Shown: positions 17,652 to 27,265 of the stretch, piece by piece
How positions within the stretch are numbered: the stretch's first letter is position 1
How the letters are laid out: the number at the start of each line of letters is the position of its first letter
Source of the DNA: a virus
Direction: 5' to 3' (one strand)
DNA: 64,000 nucleotides
IMG/VR virus record: IMGVR_UViG_3300027759_000050
Coordinates: 1-64,000 of that record
The notes under the pieces: generated by a model
Databases searched by the model: none
Told to the model about the DNA's origin: nothing
Seen by the model: only the letters and a program-made list of their open reading frames with translations
Program-made: the position numbers and the translations under genes

Positions 17652-20546
17652 TTAGAAACCAAAATTCTTAGCTATTATGTGCCATTTTGTGGTATCTGAA
17701 TTATATATGAAACCCATATAATCAGTCTTAGTTGAACCTGAAGAAACTGTTGGTAAAGTTAAATCAGTTGAACCGAGAAAAACTGGATTCCAAGAAAATG
17801 TTTGTATATTTGTTGATTTAAGTTTAAGAATAATTTTTTGGCCATCAGTCAATGTACCCGAAACAGTATTAATTGTTAATGTTCCAGCAGTTTGTGTATT
17901 TATCTGATAAGCAATATCTGTAGTATCGCCATCCATAGTAATTGAAGTTCCATCGGTTATTGATACCACTCTGGTTGGTGTTGAAGTATTAGCTTGTAAG
18001 AATGCTGCATTAGCAAATAGTGCTCCAGAATTGGCTGCATCAAAAGAAGAATTAGCTTTAATAAAAGCACCGTTAGCGAATGTGCCAGCTGAATTGGCTT
18101 TATCAAAAGCAGCATTAGCAAATAAACCATCTGAATTGGCTTTAAGATAGGAAGCATTGGCAAATAATGCTCCGGAATTGGCTGTATCAAAAGCAGAATT
18201 AGCAAATAAACCATCCGAATTGGCTTTAAGATAAGAAGCATTCGCAAATAATGCTCCGGAATTGGCTTTATCGAATCCTGAATTTGCTGTAACAAAAGCA
18301 CCGTTAGCAAATATGCCTGATGAATTGGCTGTATCAAAAGCTCCATTAGCAAAGATACCAGCTGAATTGGCTTTATCAAATCCAGAATTGGCTTTAACAA
18401 AAGCACCATTAGCAAAGATACCAGCTGAATTGGCTTTATCAAAAGCAGAATTAGCAAATAAACCATTCGAATTGGCTTTAAGATAGGAAGCATTGGCAAA
18501 TAAAGCTGCTGAGTTAGCTGTATCAAAAGCAGCATTAGAAAAGACACTAGTTACAGCTGCTGTAGTTTGTACTGTTGAGTCTGAAAATGTTATGCCTGCT
18601 GATGTATTTGCAAAAAATCCATTTGCGTATATTGCACTAGCACCAGTGATACTTCCAGAAGTACCTAATGTGTTAATCGAGTCAACATAAAATACACCAG
18701 AAACTGTTAAGTCAGCGTTGGTTACTATTGAAGCTGTGTTTTGTAAAGATGTATTGGCCTTGTCAAAAGCACTGTTAGCAAATACACCAGCTGAATTAGC
18801 TTTATCGAATCCTGAATTTGCCTTAACAAAAGCCCCATTAGCAAATATACCAGCTGAATTGGCTTTATCGAATCCTGAATTTGCTGTAACAAAAGCCCCA
18901 TTAGCAAATACACCAGCTGAATTGGCCTTGTCAAAAGCACTGTTAGCAAATACACCAGCTGAATTAGCTTTATCAAACGCGCCGTTGGCTGTTTCTCTGG
19001 CGTAAGTGTCTATTGAAGAAGATACTAATGTATTAGCTAAAGCAAAAGCACCATTAGCAAAGATACCAGCTGAGTTAGCTTTATCGAAAGCTGCATTAGC
19101 CCAAACACCAGAACTACCTCCAGTATTTGCTTGCAAGAATGCTGCATTGGCAAATAATGCTCCAGAATTTGCTGTATCGAATCCAGAGTTTGCTGTAAGA
19201 AAAGAACCATTGGCGAAAGTACCAGCTGAATTGGCTTTATCGAATCCCGAATTTGCCTTAACAAAAGCCCCATTAGCAAATATACCAGCTGAATTGGCTT
19301 TATCGAATCCAGAGTTTGCTGTAAGAAAAGAACCATTGGCGAAAGTACCAGCTGAATTGGCTTTATCAAAAGCACCATTAGCAAAGATACCAGCTGAGTT
19401 AGCTTTATCGAAAGCACTGTTAGCAAATAAAGCTGCTGAGTTAGCTGTATCAAAAGCAGCATTGGCCCAAAGACTAGCACTTCCTCCAGTATTTGCCTGA
19501 AGGAAAGCCGCATTAGCAAATAAAGCTGCTGAGTTAGCTGTATCAAATCCAGAATTTGCTGTTAAAAAAGCTCCATTAGCAAATAAAGCTGCTGAGTTAG
19601 CTTTATCAAATCCAGAGTTTGCTTTAGTGAAGGCACCATTAGCAAATAAAGCTGCTGAGTTAGCTGCAACAAAAGCTCCATTAGCAAATAAAGCTGCTGA
19701 GTTAGCTGTATCAAAAGCAGCATTGGCCCAAAGACTAGCACTTCCTCCAGTATTTGCTTGCAAGAATGCTGCATTGGCAAATAAAGCTGCTGAGTTAGCT
19801 GTATCAAAAGCAGCATTAGAAAAGACACTAGTTACAGCTGCTGTAGTTTGTACTGTTGAGTCTGAAAATGTTATGCCTGCTGATGTATTTGCAATAAAAC
19901 TATTTGCATATATTAAGCTGGCGCCAGTAATACTTCCGTAGGATCCTGTTGTGTTAATCGAGTCAACATAAAATACACCAGAAACTGTTAAGTCAGCGTT
20001 GGTTACTATTGAAGCTGTGTTTTGTAAAGATGTATTGGCCAAATCAAAAGCACTATTGGCAAATACACCATCTGAGTTAGCTTTATCAAAAGCAGCATTG
20101 GCAAAAGTGCCAGCAGAGTTGGCTTTATCGAAACTGGAATTAGCTTTTACAAAAGCAGCATTAGCAAATATACCATCAGAATTTGCCTTAACAAAAGCAC
20201 CATTTGCAAATATACCAGCTGAATTGGCTTTATCGAAACTGGAGTTTGCTGTAATGAAGGCACCATTGGCCGTTTCTCTAGCATAATTATCTACAGAAGA
20301 TGTTACCAATGTATTAGCTAAATCGAAAGCTGCATTGGCAAACAATGATCCAGAATTGGCTGTATCAAAAGCAGCATTAGCAAATATGCCATCGGAATTT
20401 GCCTTAACAAAAGCACCATTTGCAAATATACCAGCTGAATTGGCTTTATCAAATCCTGAATTTGCTGTAATGAAGGCACCGTTAGCAAATAATCCAGCTG
20501 TGTTTGCTTCTTTATTTTGTTGATTGCCAATATAAGTAAATGTCAT
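17652..20546 (-). CDS. Fibre stalk protein built of A-N-x-A heptads with a C-terminal beta adaptor domain
   Basis: Continuous 7-aa repeats (ANSAFDK/ANGAFVK/ANSAGIF); N-terminal YIGN; non-repetitive ~108-aa C-terminus (DGQKIILK...TDYMGFIYN...KWHIIA). Confidence 0.75.
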   Translation of the reverse strand: MTFTYIGNQQNKEANTAGLFANGAFITANSGFDKANSAGIFANGAFVKANSDGIFANAAFDTANSGSLFANAAFDLANTLVTSSVDNYARETANGAFITANSSFDKANSAGIFANGAFVKANSDGIFANAAFVKANSSFDKANSAGTFANAAFDKANSDGVFANSAFDLANTSLQNTASIVTNADLTVSGVFYVDSINTTGSYGSITGASLIYANSFIANTSAGITFSDSTVQTTAAVTSVFSNAAFDTANSAALFANAAFLQANTGGSASLWANAAFDTANSAALFANGAFVAANSAALFANGAFTKANSGFDKANSAALFANGAFLTANSGFDTANSAALFANAAFLQANTGGSASLWANAAFDTANSAALFANSAFDKANSAGIFANGAFDKANSAGTFANGSFLTANSGFDKANSAGIFANGAFVKANSGFDKANSAGTFANGSFLTANSGFDTANSGALFANAAFLQANTGGSSGVWANAAFDKANSAGIFANGAFALANTLVSSSIDTYARETANGAFDKANSAGVFANSAFDKANSAGVFANGAFVTANSGFDKANSAGIFANGAFVKANSGFDKANSAGVFANSAFDKANTSLQNTASIVTNADLTVSGVFYVDSINTLGTSGSITGASAIYANGFFANTSAGITFSDSTVQTTAAVTSVFSNAAFDTANSAALFANASYLKANSNGLFANSAFDKANSAGIFANGAFVKANSGFDKANSAGIFANGAFDTANSSGIFANGAFVTANSGFDKANSGALFANASYLKANSDGLFANSAFDTANSGALFANASYLKANSDGLFANAAFDKANSAGTFANGAFIKANSSFDAANSGALFANAAFLQANTSTPTRVVSITDGTSITMDGDTTDIAYQINTQTAGTLTINTVSGTLTDGQKIILKLKSTNIQTFSWNPVFLGSTDLTLPTVSSGSTKTDYMGFIYNSDTTKWHIIAKNFGF
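18490..20040 (-). repeat. Internal ~270-bp duplication in the stalk gene
   Basis: ~18490-18760 vs ~19770-20040 encode TSLQNTASIVTNADLTVSGVFYVDSINT...GITFSDSTVQTTAAVTSVFSNAAF; more than 120 bp are identical. Confidence 0.9.
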
Positions 20547-20547
20547 C

Positions 20548-20874
20548 TTAACTTATTTCCAATAAGCTCAATATAACATCCGCAGATGAAGCATTACTTG
20601 TTGATACTACAATATAGTCACCTGCTTCTAACACCAATTTCTGGTCTCCACCAATTGGAACTAAAGAATTTCCTGGATCTATTGATGCTTTTTTTACCAT
20701 ATAGTAATTTGAACTACCTATATTCACAATAACATTTGCAGTTATTGATGTTTCTAAAATATTAGATACAGTCATACCAATAACTGTGGCTTGAACACCT
20801 CCGCCAGCTGTGTATATTGTGGTAGGACTTGTTCCTACCGCAGCTTGACCAAAATTTTTAAAATTGTTTGCCAT
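20548..20874 (-). CDS. Small beta-sandwich virion protein (putative fibre connector)
   Basis: MANNFKN...TVIGMTVSN...I.PG.SLV..GGDQKLVLEAGD...ADVILSLLEIS; own RBS and late box. Confidence 0.75.
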   Translation of the reverse strand: MANNFKNFGQAAVGTSPTTIYTAGGGVQATVIGMTVSNILETSITANVIVNIGSSNYYMVKKASIDPGNSLVPIGGDQKLVLEAGDYIVVSTSNASSADVILSLLEIS

Positions 20875-20894
20875 TTTTAATTCCTAGTATCTTG

Positions 20895-20902
20895 TATTTA
20901 TG
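20895..20902 (-). promoter_or_regulatory. Late promoter box (CATAAATA)
   Basis: Intergenic, upstream of AGGA RBS of the 108-aa gene. Confidence 0.55.
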
Positions 20903-20904
20903 TC

Positions 20905-23900
20905 TTAACCTAAAGCTATAGAATAGGCCAACGCATCTGAAATTGCTGTGTTTGCTTGATTAAAAGCTCCATTAGCAAAAACACCAGCTGATACCGCTGT
21001 TGAGTTTGCTGTGTTTGCTTGAATGAAAGCTGAATTTGCAAAAACACCAGCTGATACCGCTGTTGAGTTTGCTGTGTTTGCTTGGTTAAAAGCACCATTG
21101 GCAAAAACACCAGCTGATACCGCTGTTGAGTTTGCTGTGTTTGCTTGAATGAAAGCTGAATTTGCAAAAATTGCTGTGTTATTCTGTGCATCAAAAGCAC
21201 TATTGGCTTGTAAGAAAGCTGAATTCGCTGTGGTGTAGGAGTCAATTAGATTGTTTGACCATACAGTGTCATAGTTAGTAGAACTGTTTTTGATTAGGAC
21301 TTGTCCTACTGTTCCTCCTGAAGACACGCCGTTACCTGTAGCGCCTGTTGCACCGGTAGCACCAGTCGGTCCTCTTGGTCCTTGTGGTCCTTGGTAAGAT
21401 TGTTCAAGTGCAATGTAATCAATACTTGTTTGATGTGCAGCATTTCCTGCGTTACTGTGATATAATCTTAATTGTACTTTGGATAATCCACTAACATAGG
21501 CCGTTTCATCAATTACTTCTAAAGCGAATGCATAATATGAACCAAGACCAGTATATGTTCCAATATTGTCCCAAGCACTTGTTACAAAATTATACAGTTG
21601 AACATATATTGTATGTCCTGAAGCTTGAGTGTAATTGATATTCATTACAACTCTATTGAATTTCACAACATTAATAAAGTCAAAATCGATATACCAAGCA
21701 GGTGCTGAACCTGTACCGTCTGTTAGAACATAAACACCATTTGTAGCTGTATAGTCACCAAATACTTGTGTACTCCACAAATTACCAGAAACATATACGC
21801 CGTTTGTTTGTATTAATGTGTTTGCTAAATAAGTAACGGTGTTTGGTGTTGGTAGGTCAATAAAACTAATATTACCTGTTCCATCTGTTGTCAATAGTTG
21901 ACCAGTGTTACCACCGTAGATGTGAACATTACTTACATTACCCAATGCAACATTTGCGGATGATGTTGATATTAAGTTACCTTTAAATACAATGTTTCTC
22001 TGCGTATTGATACGAAGAACTTCATCTTCCACATTCAATGAACCTGCACCACCTGTAGCAAATACAATATCGTTATGGATACTACCAATGATAGTGTTAC
22101 CACCATTAGTAACTGTATTACCATGAACGAAGAAATAACCATCATTTGGTTTGATTAAGGTAAATGGATCACCATAGTTATATGTACTGCTTCCTAAACC
22201 TATATCCAAATAACCTTCAAGAGAAGTTCCGTTATCTGCGGTTATGAACATATCAAATGAAGCATTTGGTGCTGTATTAATATTTTGCATATTAATACTG
22301 GTATAACCATCATAATTGGAAGTTAGTTGTTGTACAGTTTGTGGTTGTACCAAATATCCTGTTGGAACACCAGCATATAACGCATTGAAACCATTTGCAG
22401 CATAACCAAAGAATTGACCTGTGTTACCTGTAATTTGATAAGATGTTGCATTACCGGTGAAGGTAACATTACCTTGCACCGTAAAATTTTGTTGTATTAC
22501 CACATCACCTGATATTGTTCCACCAGTTAATGGCAATGCATTGTTAGCTTTTACAAAAGCGCCATTTGCAAATAGTCCAGCTGATGTAGCTGAAGAATTA
22601 GCCGTATTCGCTTGTGTGAATGCAGTAGTGGTGTATGCAAATAAATCAACACCGTTACTGGTTATAGAATAACCAGCAATATTTGCAATCAAAGTTCCTA
22701 CATTGGATGATGTTGCGGTTCCAGGTGTTATTACATTTGTTGATGGGTCTTGAGTTAACCCTTTAAATAACAAGAAATTATTTGATCCGGCTTGTCTAGC
22801 AAGACCATGATATGTTGGTGCTGTAGAACCTGATGTTAATGCAGTTCCATAAAATCCAATATCAAGTGTATCACTGTATATGTTATTATTTGCTAATTTA
22901 ATTAATGAGTCGGTTGTTTGAACAACTGTTGTATTAATTGATGTGGTTGTTCCATTGATAAACAAATTTCCAGTAACAGTTACATCACCGGTGATTGTTC
23001 CTCCAGTTTGAACATTGAGTGAATTATTCGCTCTACTAAAAGCACCATTAGCAAATATGCCAGATGAATTTGCTGTTATAAAAGCTCCATTAGCAAATAA
23101 AGCTGCTGAGTTAGCTTTATCGAATCCAGAATTTGCTTTAACGAAGGTTCCATTAGCAAATATACCAGCTGAATTAGCTGTATCAAAAGCCCCATTAGCA
23201 AAAATACCAGCTGAGTTAGCTGTATCAAATCCAGAATTTGCTGTTATAAAAGCTCCATTAGCAAATAAAGCTGCTGAGTTAGCTTTATCGAATCCAGAAT
23301 TTGCTTTAACGAAGGCTCCATTTGAGAAGGTACCAGCTGAGTTAGCTTTATCGAAACCTGAGTTTGCTTTGATGAAGGCGCCATTAGCAAATGTACCAGA
23401 TGAATTTGCTGTATTAAATCCAGAATTTGCTGTTTCAAAAGCACCATTGGCAAATAGTGCAGCTGTGTTAGCGGTATCGAAAGCACTAACAACAAATTCA
23501 CTAAATGTATTGGCTAAATCAAAAGCACCATTGGCGAATAGTGCAGCTGAGTTAGCCGCATCAAATCCTGAGTTTGCTTTGATAAAAGCAGCATTAGCAA
23601 ATAAACCATCCGAATTGGCTTTAAGATAAGAAGCATTCGCAAATAATGCTCCGGAATTGGCTTTAACAAAAGCTCCATTAGCAAAATTACCGGATGAGTT
23701 AGCTTTAAGATAAGAAGAATTGGCCGTATCGAAAGCACTATTAGCAAATACACCAGCTGAGTTAGCAGATTCAAAACCTGCATTAGCCGTTTCAAAAGCA
23801 CCATTAGCCACATCGAAAGCACCAGTGGAATAAATGTTGATTGAATTGGCAGTTTCAAAAGCACTGTTAGCAAAAATACCTGCTGAATTGGCTGCACCAA

Positions 23901-25467
23901 AACTTGAATTGGCTTTAACAAAAGCACCATTGGCAAATGTACCAGAAGAATTGGCCTTGTCGAATCCAGAATTTGCTTTTACAAAAGATGCATTAGCAAA
24001 GATGCCATCGGAATTGGCTTTAAGATAAGCTGCATTGGCCGTTTCTCTAGCGTAAGTGTCCACTAAAGATGAAGATAGTGTATTTGCTAATTCGAAAGCA
24101 CCATTTGCGAACAATGCGGCCGAATTAGCTTTATCGAATCCTGAATTTGCTGTAACAAAAGCACCGTTAGCAAATAGTCCAGCTGAATTGGCTTTAAGAA
24201 AAGCTCCATTGGCCGTTTCTCTAGCATAACTATCTACAGAAGATGTTACCAATGTATTAGCTAAATCAAAAGCCGCATTGGCTTTAACGAAAGCTCCGTT
24301 AGCAAAATTACCGGATGAATTGGCTGTGTTGAAACCTGAATTTGCTTTAATAAAAGCACCATTAGCAAATGTGCCAGCTGAATTGGCTGTATCATAACCT
24401 GAATTCGCTGTAACGAAAGCACCATTTGCAAAGGTTCCAGCTGAATTGGCTTTATCGAATCCAGAATTTGCTGTAACAAAAGCTGCATTGGCAAATACAC
24501 CAGCTGAGTTAGCTTTATCAAATCCTGAGTTTGCTGTAACAAAAGCTGCATTAGCAAAAATTGCTGTGGTGTTTTGTGCGTCAAAAGATGCATTAGCTTG
24601 ATTATAAGAACCATTTGCACTACCAACAATGTCAATCGAGTCTCCTGTATTCGCAGTAATAATCAATGCACCACTAGTATTACTTAAAACGATACCGTCA
24701 ACATCAATAGAGCCTGGACCAACGAATAAAGATTTGAAAGGCTTCGCTTTTGAACCAAGAAAATAAGTATTTGCTGTTGTCGGAATAATATTTCCAGTCA
24801 TCAACAAATCACCCTGCATTGTATCGCCGGCTCTATTTAATTTTGTGTTTGAACTGATGAAAGCTGCTTGAGCTAAAATATTTGCACTGTTTGCTTTATT
24901 GAAAGCTGCATTAGCTTGAGAGTAGGCTAAATTGGCTTGTGGAAATACAACAGTTGATGAGTAGGTGTAAACTGAATTTGAATTTGCAAAAATGGTGTTA
25001 GCATATGCATAGACTGAATTAACATTTGATGTTGCGGAATTTGCTTGAAGATACGCTGCATTAGCTCTTTCTCTAGCATAATTATCTACAGAAGATGTTA
25101 CCAATGTATTAGCTAAATCGAAAGCTGCATTAGCAAATATTCCAGTGGTATTTTGTGCAGCAAAAGCTGCATTAGCTACTGCTCTCGCTTCAACGTCAAC
25201 CCCAGAATTGGAAATTGTATTAGCTAAAGCGTAAGCTGCATTAGTTTTATCATAAACTTCCGTTGTATAGACTAATGCAGTATTTGCATTACTTTCTATT
25301 TCAGTTTGTAGAATTGCAACATTTGAAGCAAGTTCTTGTTCCAATCTAATTGTATTTGCGGTTTGGTCGGGACCTGTAAAAGTCGCAATCGATTGTACAG
25401 CAGCAGGAGAACCAGGACCAACCCTTACACTAATTTGATTTACTGGTTGTACTATAATATTTGGCAT
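20905..25467 (-). CDS. Large mosaic fibre protein (A-N heptad stalk, beta modules, short collagen segment)
   Basis: Heptad repeats; G.I.P.....Y.LGS...F.SLFVG and TG.L...G.TT..N...DSLI.LA..N...D.GFYG fibre modules; GPQGPRGPTGATGATG; ends ALAYSIALG. Confidence 0.75.
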   Translation of the reverse strand: MPNIIVQPVNQISVRVGPGSPAAVQSIATFTGPDQTANTIRLEQELASNVAILQTEIESNANTALVYTTEVYDKTNAAYALANTISNSGVDVEARAVANAAFAAQNTTGIFANAAFDLANTLVTSSVDNYARERANAAYLQANSATSNVNSVYAYANTIFANSNSVYTYSSTVVFPQANLAYSQANAAFNKANSANILAQAAFISSNTKLNRAGDTMQGDLLMTGNIIPTTANTYFLGSKAKPFKSLFVGPGSIDVDGIVLSNTSGALIITANTGDSIDIVGSANGSYNQANASFDAQNTTAIFANAAFVTANSGFDKANSAGVFANAAFVTANSGFDKANSAGTFANGAFVTANSGYDTANSAGTFANGAFIKANSGFNTANSSGNFANGAFVKANAAFDLANTLVTSSVDSYARETANGAFLKANSAGLFANGAFVTANSGFDKANSAALFANGAFELANTLSSSLVDTYARETANAAYLKANSDGIFANASFVKANSGFDKANSSGTFANGAFVKANSSFGAANSAGIFANSAFETANSINIYSTGAFDVANGAFETANAGFESANSAGVFANSAFDTANSSYLKANSSGNFANGAFVKANSGALFANASYLKANSDGLFANAAFIKANSGFDAANSAALFANGAFDLANTFSEFVVSAFDTANTAALFANGAFETANSGFNTANSSGTFANGAFIKANSGFDKANSAGTFSNGAFVKANSGFDKANSAALFANGAFITANSGFDTANSAGIFANGAFDTANSAGIFANGTFVKANSGFDKANSAALFANGAFITANSSGIFANGAFSRANNSLNVQTGGTITGDVTVTGNLFINGTTTSINTTVVQTTDSLIKLANNNIYSDTLDIGFYGTALTSGSTAPTYHGLARQAGSNNFLLFKGLTQDPSTNVITPGTATSSNVGTLIANIAGYSITSNGVDLFAYTTTAFTQANTANSSATSAGLFANGAFVKANNALPLTGGTISGDVVIQQNFTVQGNVTFTGNATSYQITGNTGQFFGYAANGFNALYAGVPTGYLVQPQTVQQLTSNYDGYTSINMQNINTAPNASFDMFITADNGTSLEGYLDIGLGSSTYNYGDPFTLIKPNDGYFFVHGNTVTNGGNTIIGSIHNDIVFATGGAGSLNVEDEVLRINTQRNIVFKGNLISTSSANVALGNVSNVHIYGGNTGQLLTTDGTGNISFIDLPTPNTVTYLANTLIQTNGVYVSGNLWSTQVFGDYTATNGVYVLTDGTGSAPAWYIDFDFINVVKFNRVVMNINYTQASGHTIYVQLYNFVTSAWDNIGTYTGLGSYYAFALEVIDETAYVSGLSKVQLRLYHSNAGNAAHQTSIDYIALEQSYQGPQGPRGPTGATGATGATGNGVSSGGTVGQVLIKNSSTNYDTVWSNNLIDSYTTANSAFLQANSAFDAQNNTAIFANSAFIQANTANSTAVSAGVFANGAFNQANTANSTAVSAGVFANSAFIQANTANSTAVSAGVFANGAFNQANTAISDALAYSIALG
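20943..21170 (-). repeat. 63-bp tandem coding repeat (~3.5 copies, alternating A/B variants)
   Basis: GCAAAAACACCAGCTGATACCGCTGTTGAGTTTGCTGTGTTTGCTTG recurs every 63 bp and encodes ANTANSTAVSAGVFAN(S/G)AF(I/N)Q. Confidence 0.9.
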
Positions 25468-25835
25468 TATGCATCGGTACCATAGGAATTAATTACTCCA
25501 GTCACACCAGGTGCAACATATATTTGCCCTTCAAGAACCCTAGTTATTAAATTAGTGTCTGGCGCCTGAATAGTCACATCATATACATATTTACCATAAG
25601 GTACATTTGCAGTTGTGGCTGCATCTAAAGATAGTGTTATTATTCCATTATAAGGATCGGTAACTTGTGCATCAAAAGTGAAAGCAACATTAGCTGTCGT
25701 ATAAGATTTTTTTGCTCTTGAATTTATGATAAAACCCTGTAGGTCATAATTAGCACCATAATCATCCTTTAATGTTAACTGTGTGTTGAATGAAGCCCCT
25801 TGTTCCAAATATTGGTCTGAGTATCCTGCGGCCAT
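25467..25835 (-). CDS. Small Ig-like virion protein (putative fibre anchor)
   Basis: LEQGASF...YDL.G......KKSY.......F......GIITLSL....TA....GKYVYDV.I......TRVLEG.I.V.PGVT, a motif set recurrent in T4-like structural clusters; TAATG coupling to the next gene. Confidence 0.7.
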   Translation of the reverse strand: MAAGYSDQYLEQGASFNTQLTLKDDYGANYDLQGFIINSRAKKSYTTANVAFTFDAQVTDPYNGIITLSLDAATTANVPYGKYVYDVTIQAPDTNLITRVLEGQIYVAPGVTGVINSYGTDA

Positions 25836-25866
25836 TTGTTGTACCTTTTATTTGATGCGTTAATCA

Positions 25867-25874
25867 TATTTATG
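25867..25874 (-). promoter_or_regulatory. Late promoter box (CATAAATA)
   Basis: Intergenic, upstream of AAGGT RBS of the 122-aa gene. Confidence 0.55.
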
Positions 25875-25901
25875 ATTCTTATTGTTCACCAAATCATATT
25901 T

Positions 25902-26192
25902 TTATTGTTTTGGGTATTTAGCTTTCACCGCCAAACAAGCATCAATATATGCCTGCATTTGTTCTGCATCACCCTTTACAAGTCCATCGAGGTAATCGGT
26001 CATAGGAGGATATTCTCCAACACGTTTTTCTACATAAGATAAGGTATTAAAATTGGATAATTGTTTTTGAGATATGATTTCATCCGCCTGTTCTTTGGTG
26101 ATGGAAACCATGTCAGATTTGATTAAGTGGTCTTGACTACCATCCAGTTCAAATGCACATACTGTATTGTTTGAATCTTTAAATAATTTCAT
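25902..26192 (-). CDS. Putative tail-fibre assembly chaperone (copy 2)
   Basis: MKLFKDS....AFELDGSQDHLI...; paralog of 26975-27256; directly follows a fibre-tip gene. Confidence 0.65.
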   Translation of the reverse strand: MKLFKDSNNTVCAFELDGSQDHLIKSDMVSITKEQADEIISQKQLSNFNTLSYVEKRVGEYPPMTDYLDGLVKGDAEQMQAYIDACLAVKAKYPKQ

Positions 26193-26204
26193 AATTTTTA
26201 CCTT

Positions 26205-26972
26205 TTATCTTAATTCCCACCAATTAGTTATACCAGAACCACCTTGGAATAAATCGAATTGGTAAGTGGCACCAACTGGAATTAGAAACGTGTTTCCACC
26301 ATAATAATCACCACCACCAGTACCAGCAATAAACAGTTGACCTAATGTTACACCGTTAATGATTGGTCGAATATTCATCATAGCTTGATTAGAAGAATGG
26401 CCCGAAATGAAAACAACAATCGGTCTACCTGTTGTATTTGTGTATTGTGCTCCTAAGGCTCTTTGTGATCCTGTGGTGAATTGTGTCCAAGTCTGATTTA
26501 TACCTATAGAAGCTAATGTGTTTAGTGCTGAACCTGCAGCTTGCGAACCCCAAATAGTTCCATCACTAACTAAAAGATTACCTGAAGTTGACGGAACTGG
26601 TAAAATATAAGGTGAAATAGCTGTGAAAGGATACCAAGTTAATTTGTTTGAATTATAAACATATGATACGGCCGTTTTAGCTTGAAATGGTGTTCCAGTA
26701 AAACCACCAGAAACTGATTGCCCTACACTACCTGAAACAGTAAATGCAGTAATCTGTTGTGTTGTACTAATAGATACAGTCATTCCATCAACTGCACTTG
26801 CAGGTAGAATAACAGCTCCTAATGCAAAAGTGTTAGGAGGATTCAATATAACTTTCTGAACACCAGAAGGAACTGTATATGAGAAGTTGTTTGCTATGGA
26901 TGGAGTTGTTGTTCCATCCAAATAAATGTAATTTTGTATTAGACCATTTGTTCCGTCAATTTTTGATGCCAT
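26205..26972 (-). CDS. Tail-fibre tip / receptor-binding protein (copy 2)
   Basis: C-terminal G.NQTW...QRALG..YTNTTGRPI.V.I...IP.GATY...WWELR, a phage fibre-tip domain. Confidence 0.7.
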   Translation of the reverse strand: MASKIDGTNGLIQNYIYLDGTTTPSIANNFSYTVPSGVQKVILNPPNTFALGAVILPASAVDGMTVSISTTQQITAFTVSGSVGQSVSGGFTGTPFQAKTAVSYVYNSNKLTWYPFTAISPYILPVPSTSGNLLVSDGTIWGSQAAGSALNTLASIGINQTWTQFTTGSQRALGAQYTNTTGRPIVVFISGHSSNQAMMNIRPIINGVTLGQLFIAGTGGGDYYGGNTFLIPVGATYQFDLFQGGSGITNWWELR

Positions 26973-26974
26973 GT

Positions 26975-27256
26975 TTAACCCTTAGGATATTTTGTTTTGA
27001 TTGTATCTATAACTTCTTTCCATGATTCAATACCACCATGATATATCAAATCTAATTGGTCTGTTATGGATGGATATTCAGCAGCACGTTTTTCCGCATA
27101 AGATAATGCATTGTATTGATCCAGTTGTTTTTGGTGTGTGATTGCATCAGCTTCTTCTTCGGTAACGGAAACCATATCAGGTCTGATTAAATGGTCTTGA
27201 CTACCATCTAGTTCAAAAGCCCACATTTCATTTGTTGAATCTTTAAATAACTTCAT
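26975..27256 (-). CDS. Putative tail-fibre assembly chaperone (copy 1)
   Basis: MKLFKDS..AFELDGSQDHLI...SYAEKRAAEYPSITDQLD...KTKYPK. Confidence 0.65.
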   Translation of the reverse strand: MKLFKDSTNEMWAFELDGSQDHLIRPDMVSVTEEEADAITHQKQLDQYNALSYAEKRAAEYPSITDQLDLIYHGGIESWKEVIDTIKTKYPKG

Positions 27257-27265
27257 ATTTTTTCC

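Noticed and set aside
20943-21170. CRISPR-like pattern of constant block plus variable spacer
   Set aside because: The period is 63 bp in frame within a CDS, the variable parts alternate between two related sequences, and there is no leader or cas gene
17957-24635. Leu/Ile/Gln-rich alternative-frame minus-strand ORFs inside the heptad genes
   Set aside because: Frame-shifted readings of the 21-nt repeat; I saw no slippery site or separate initiation signal
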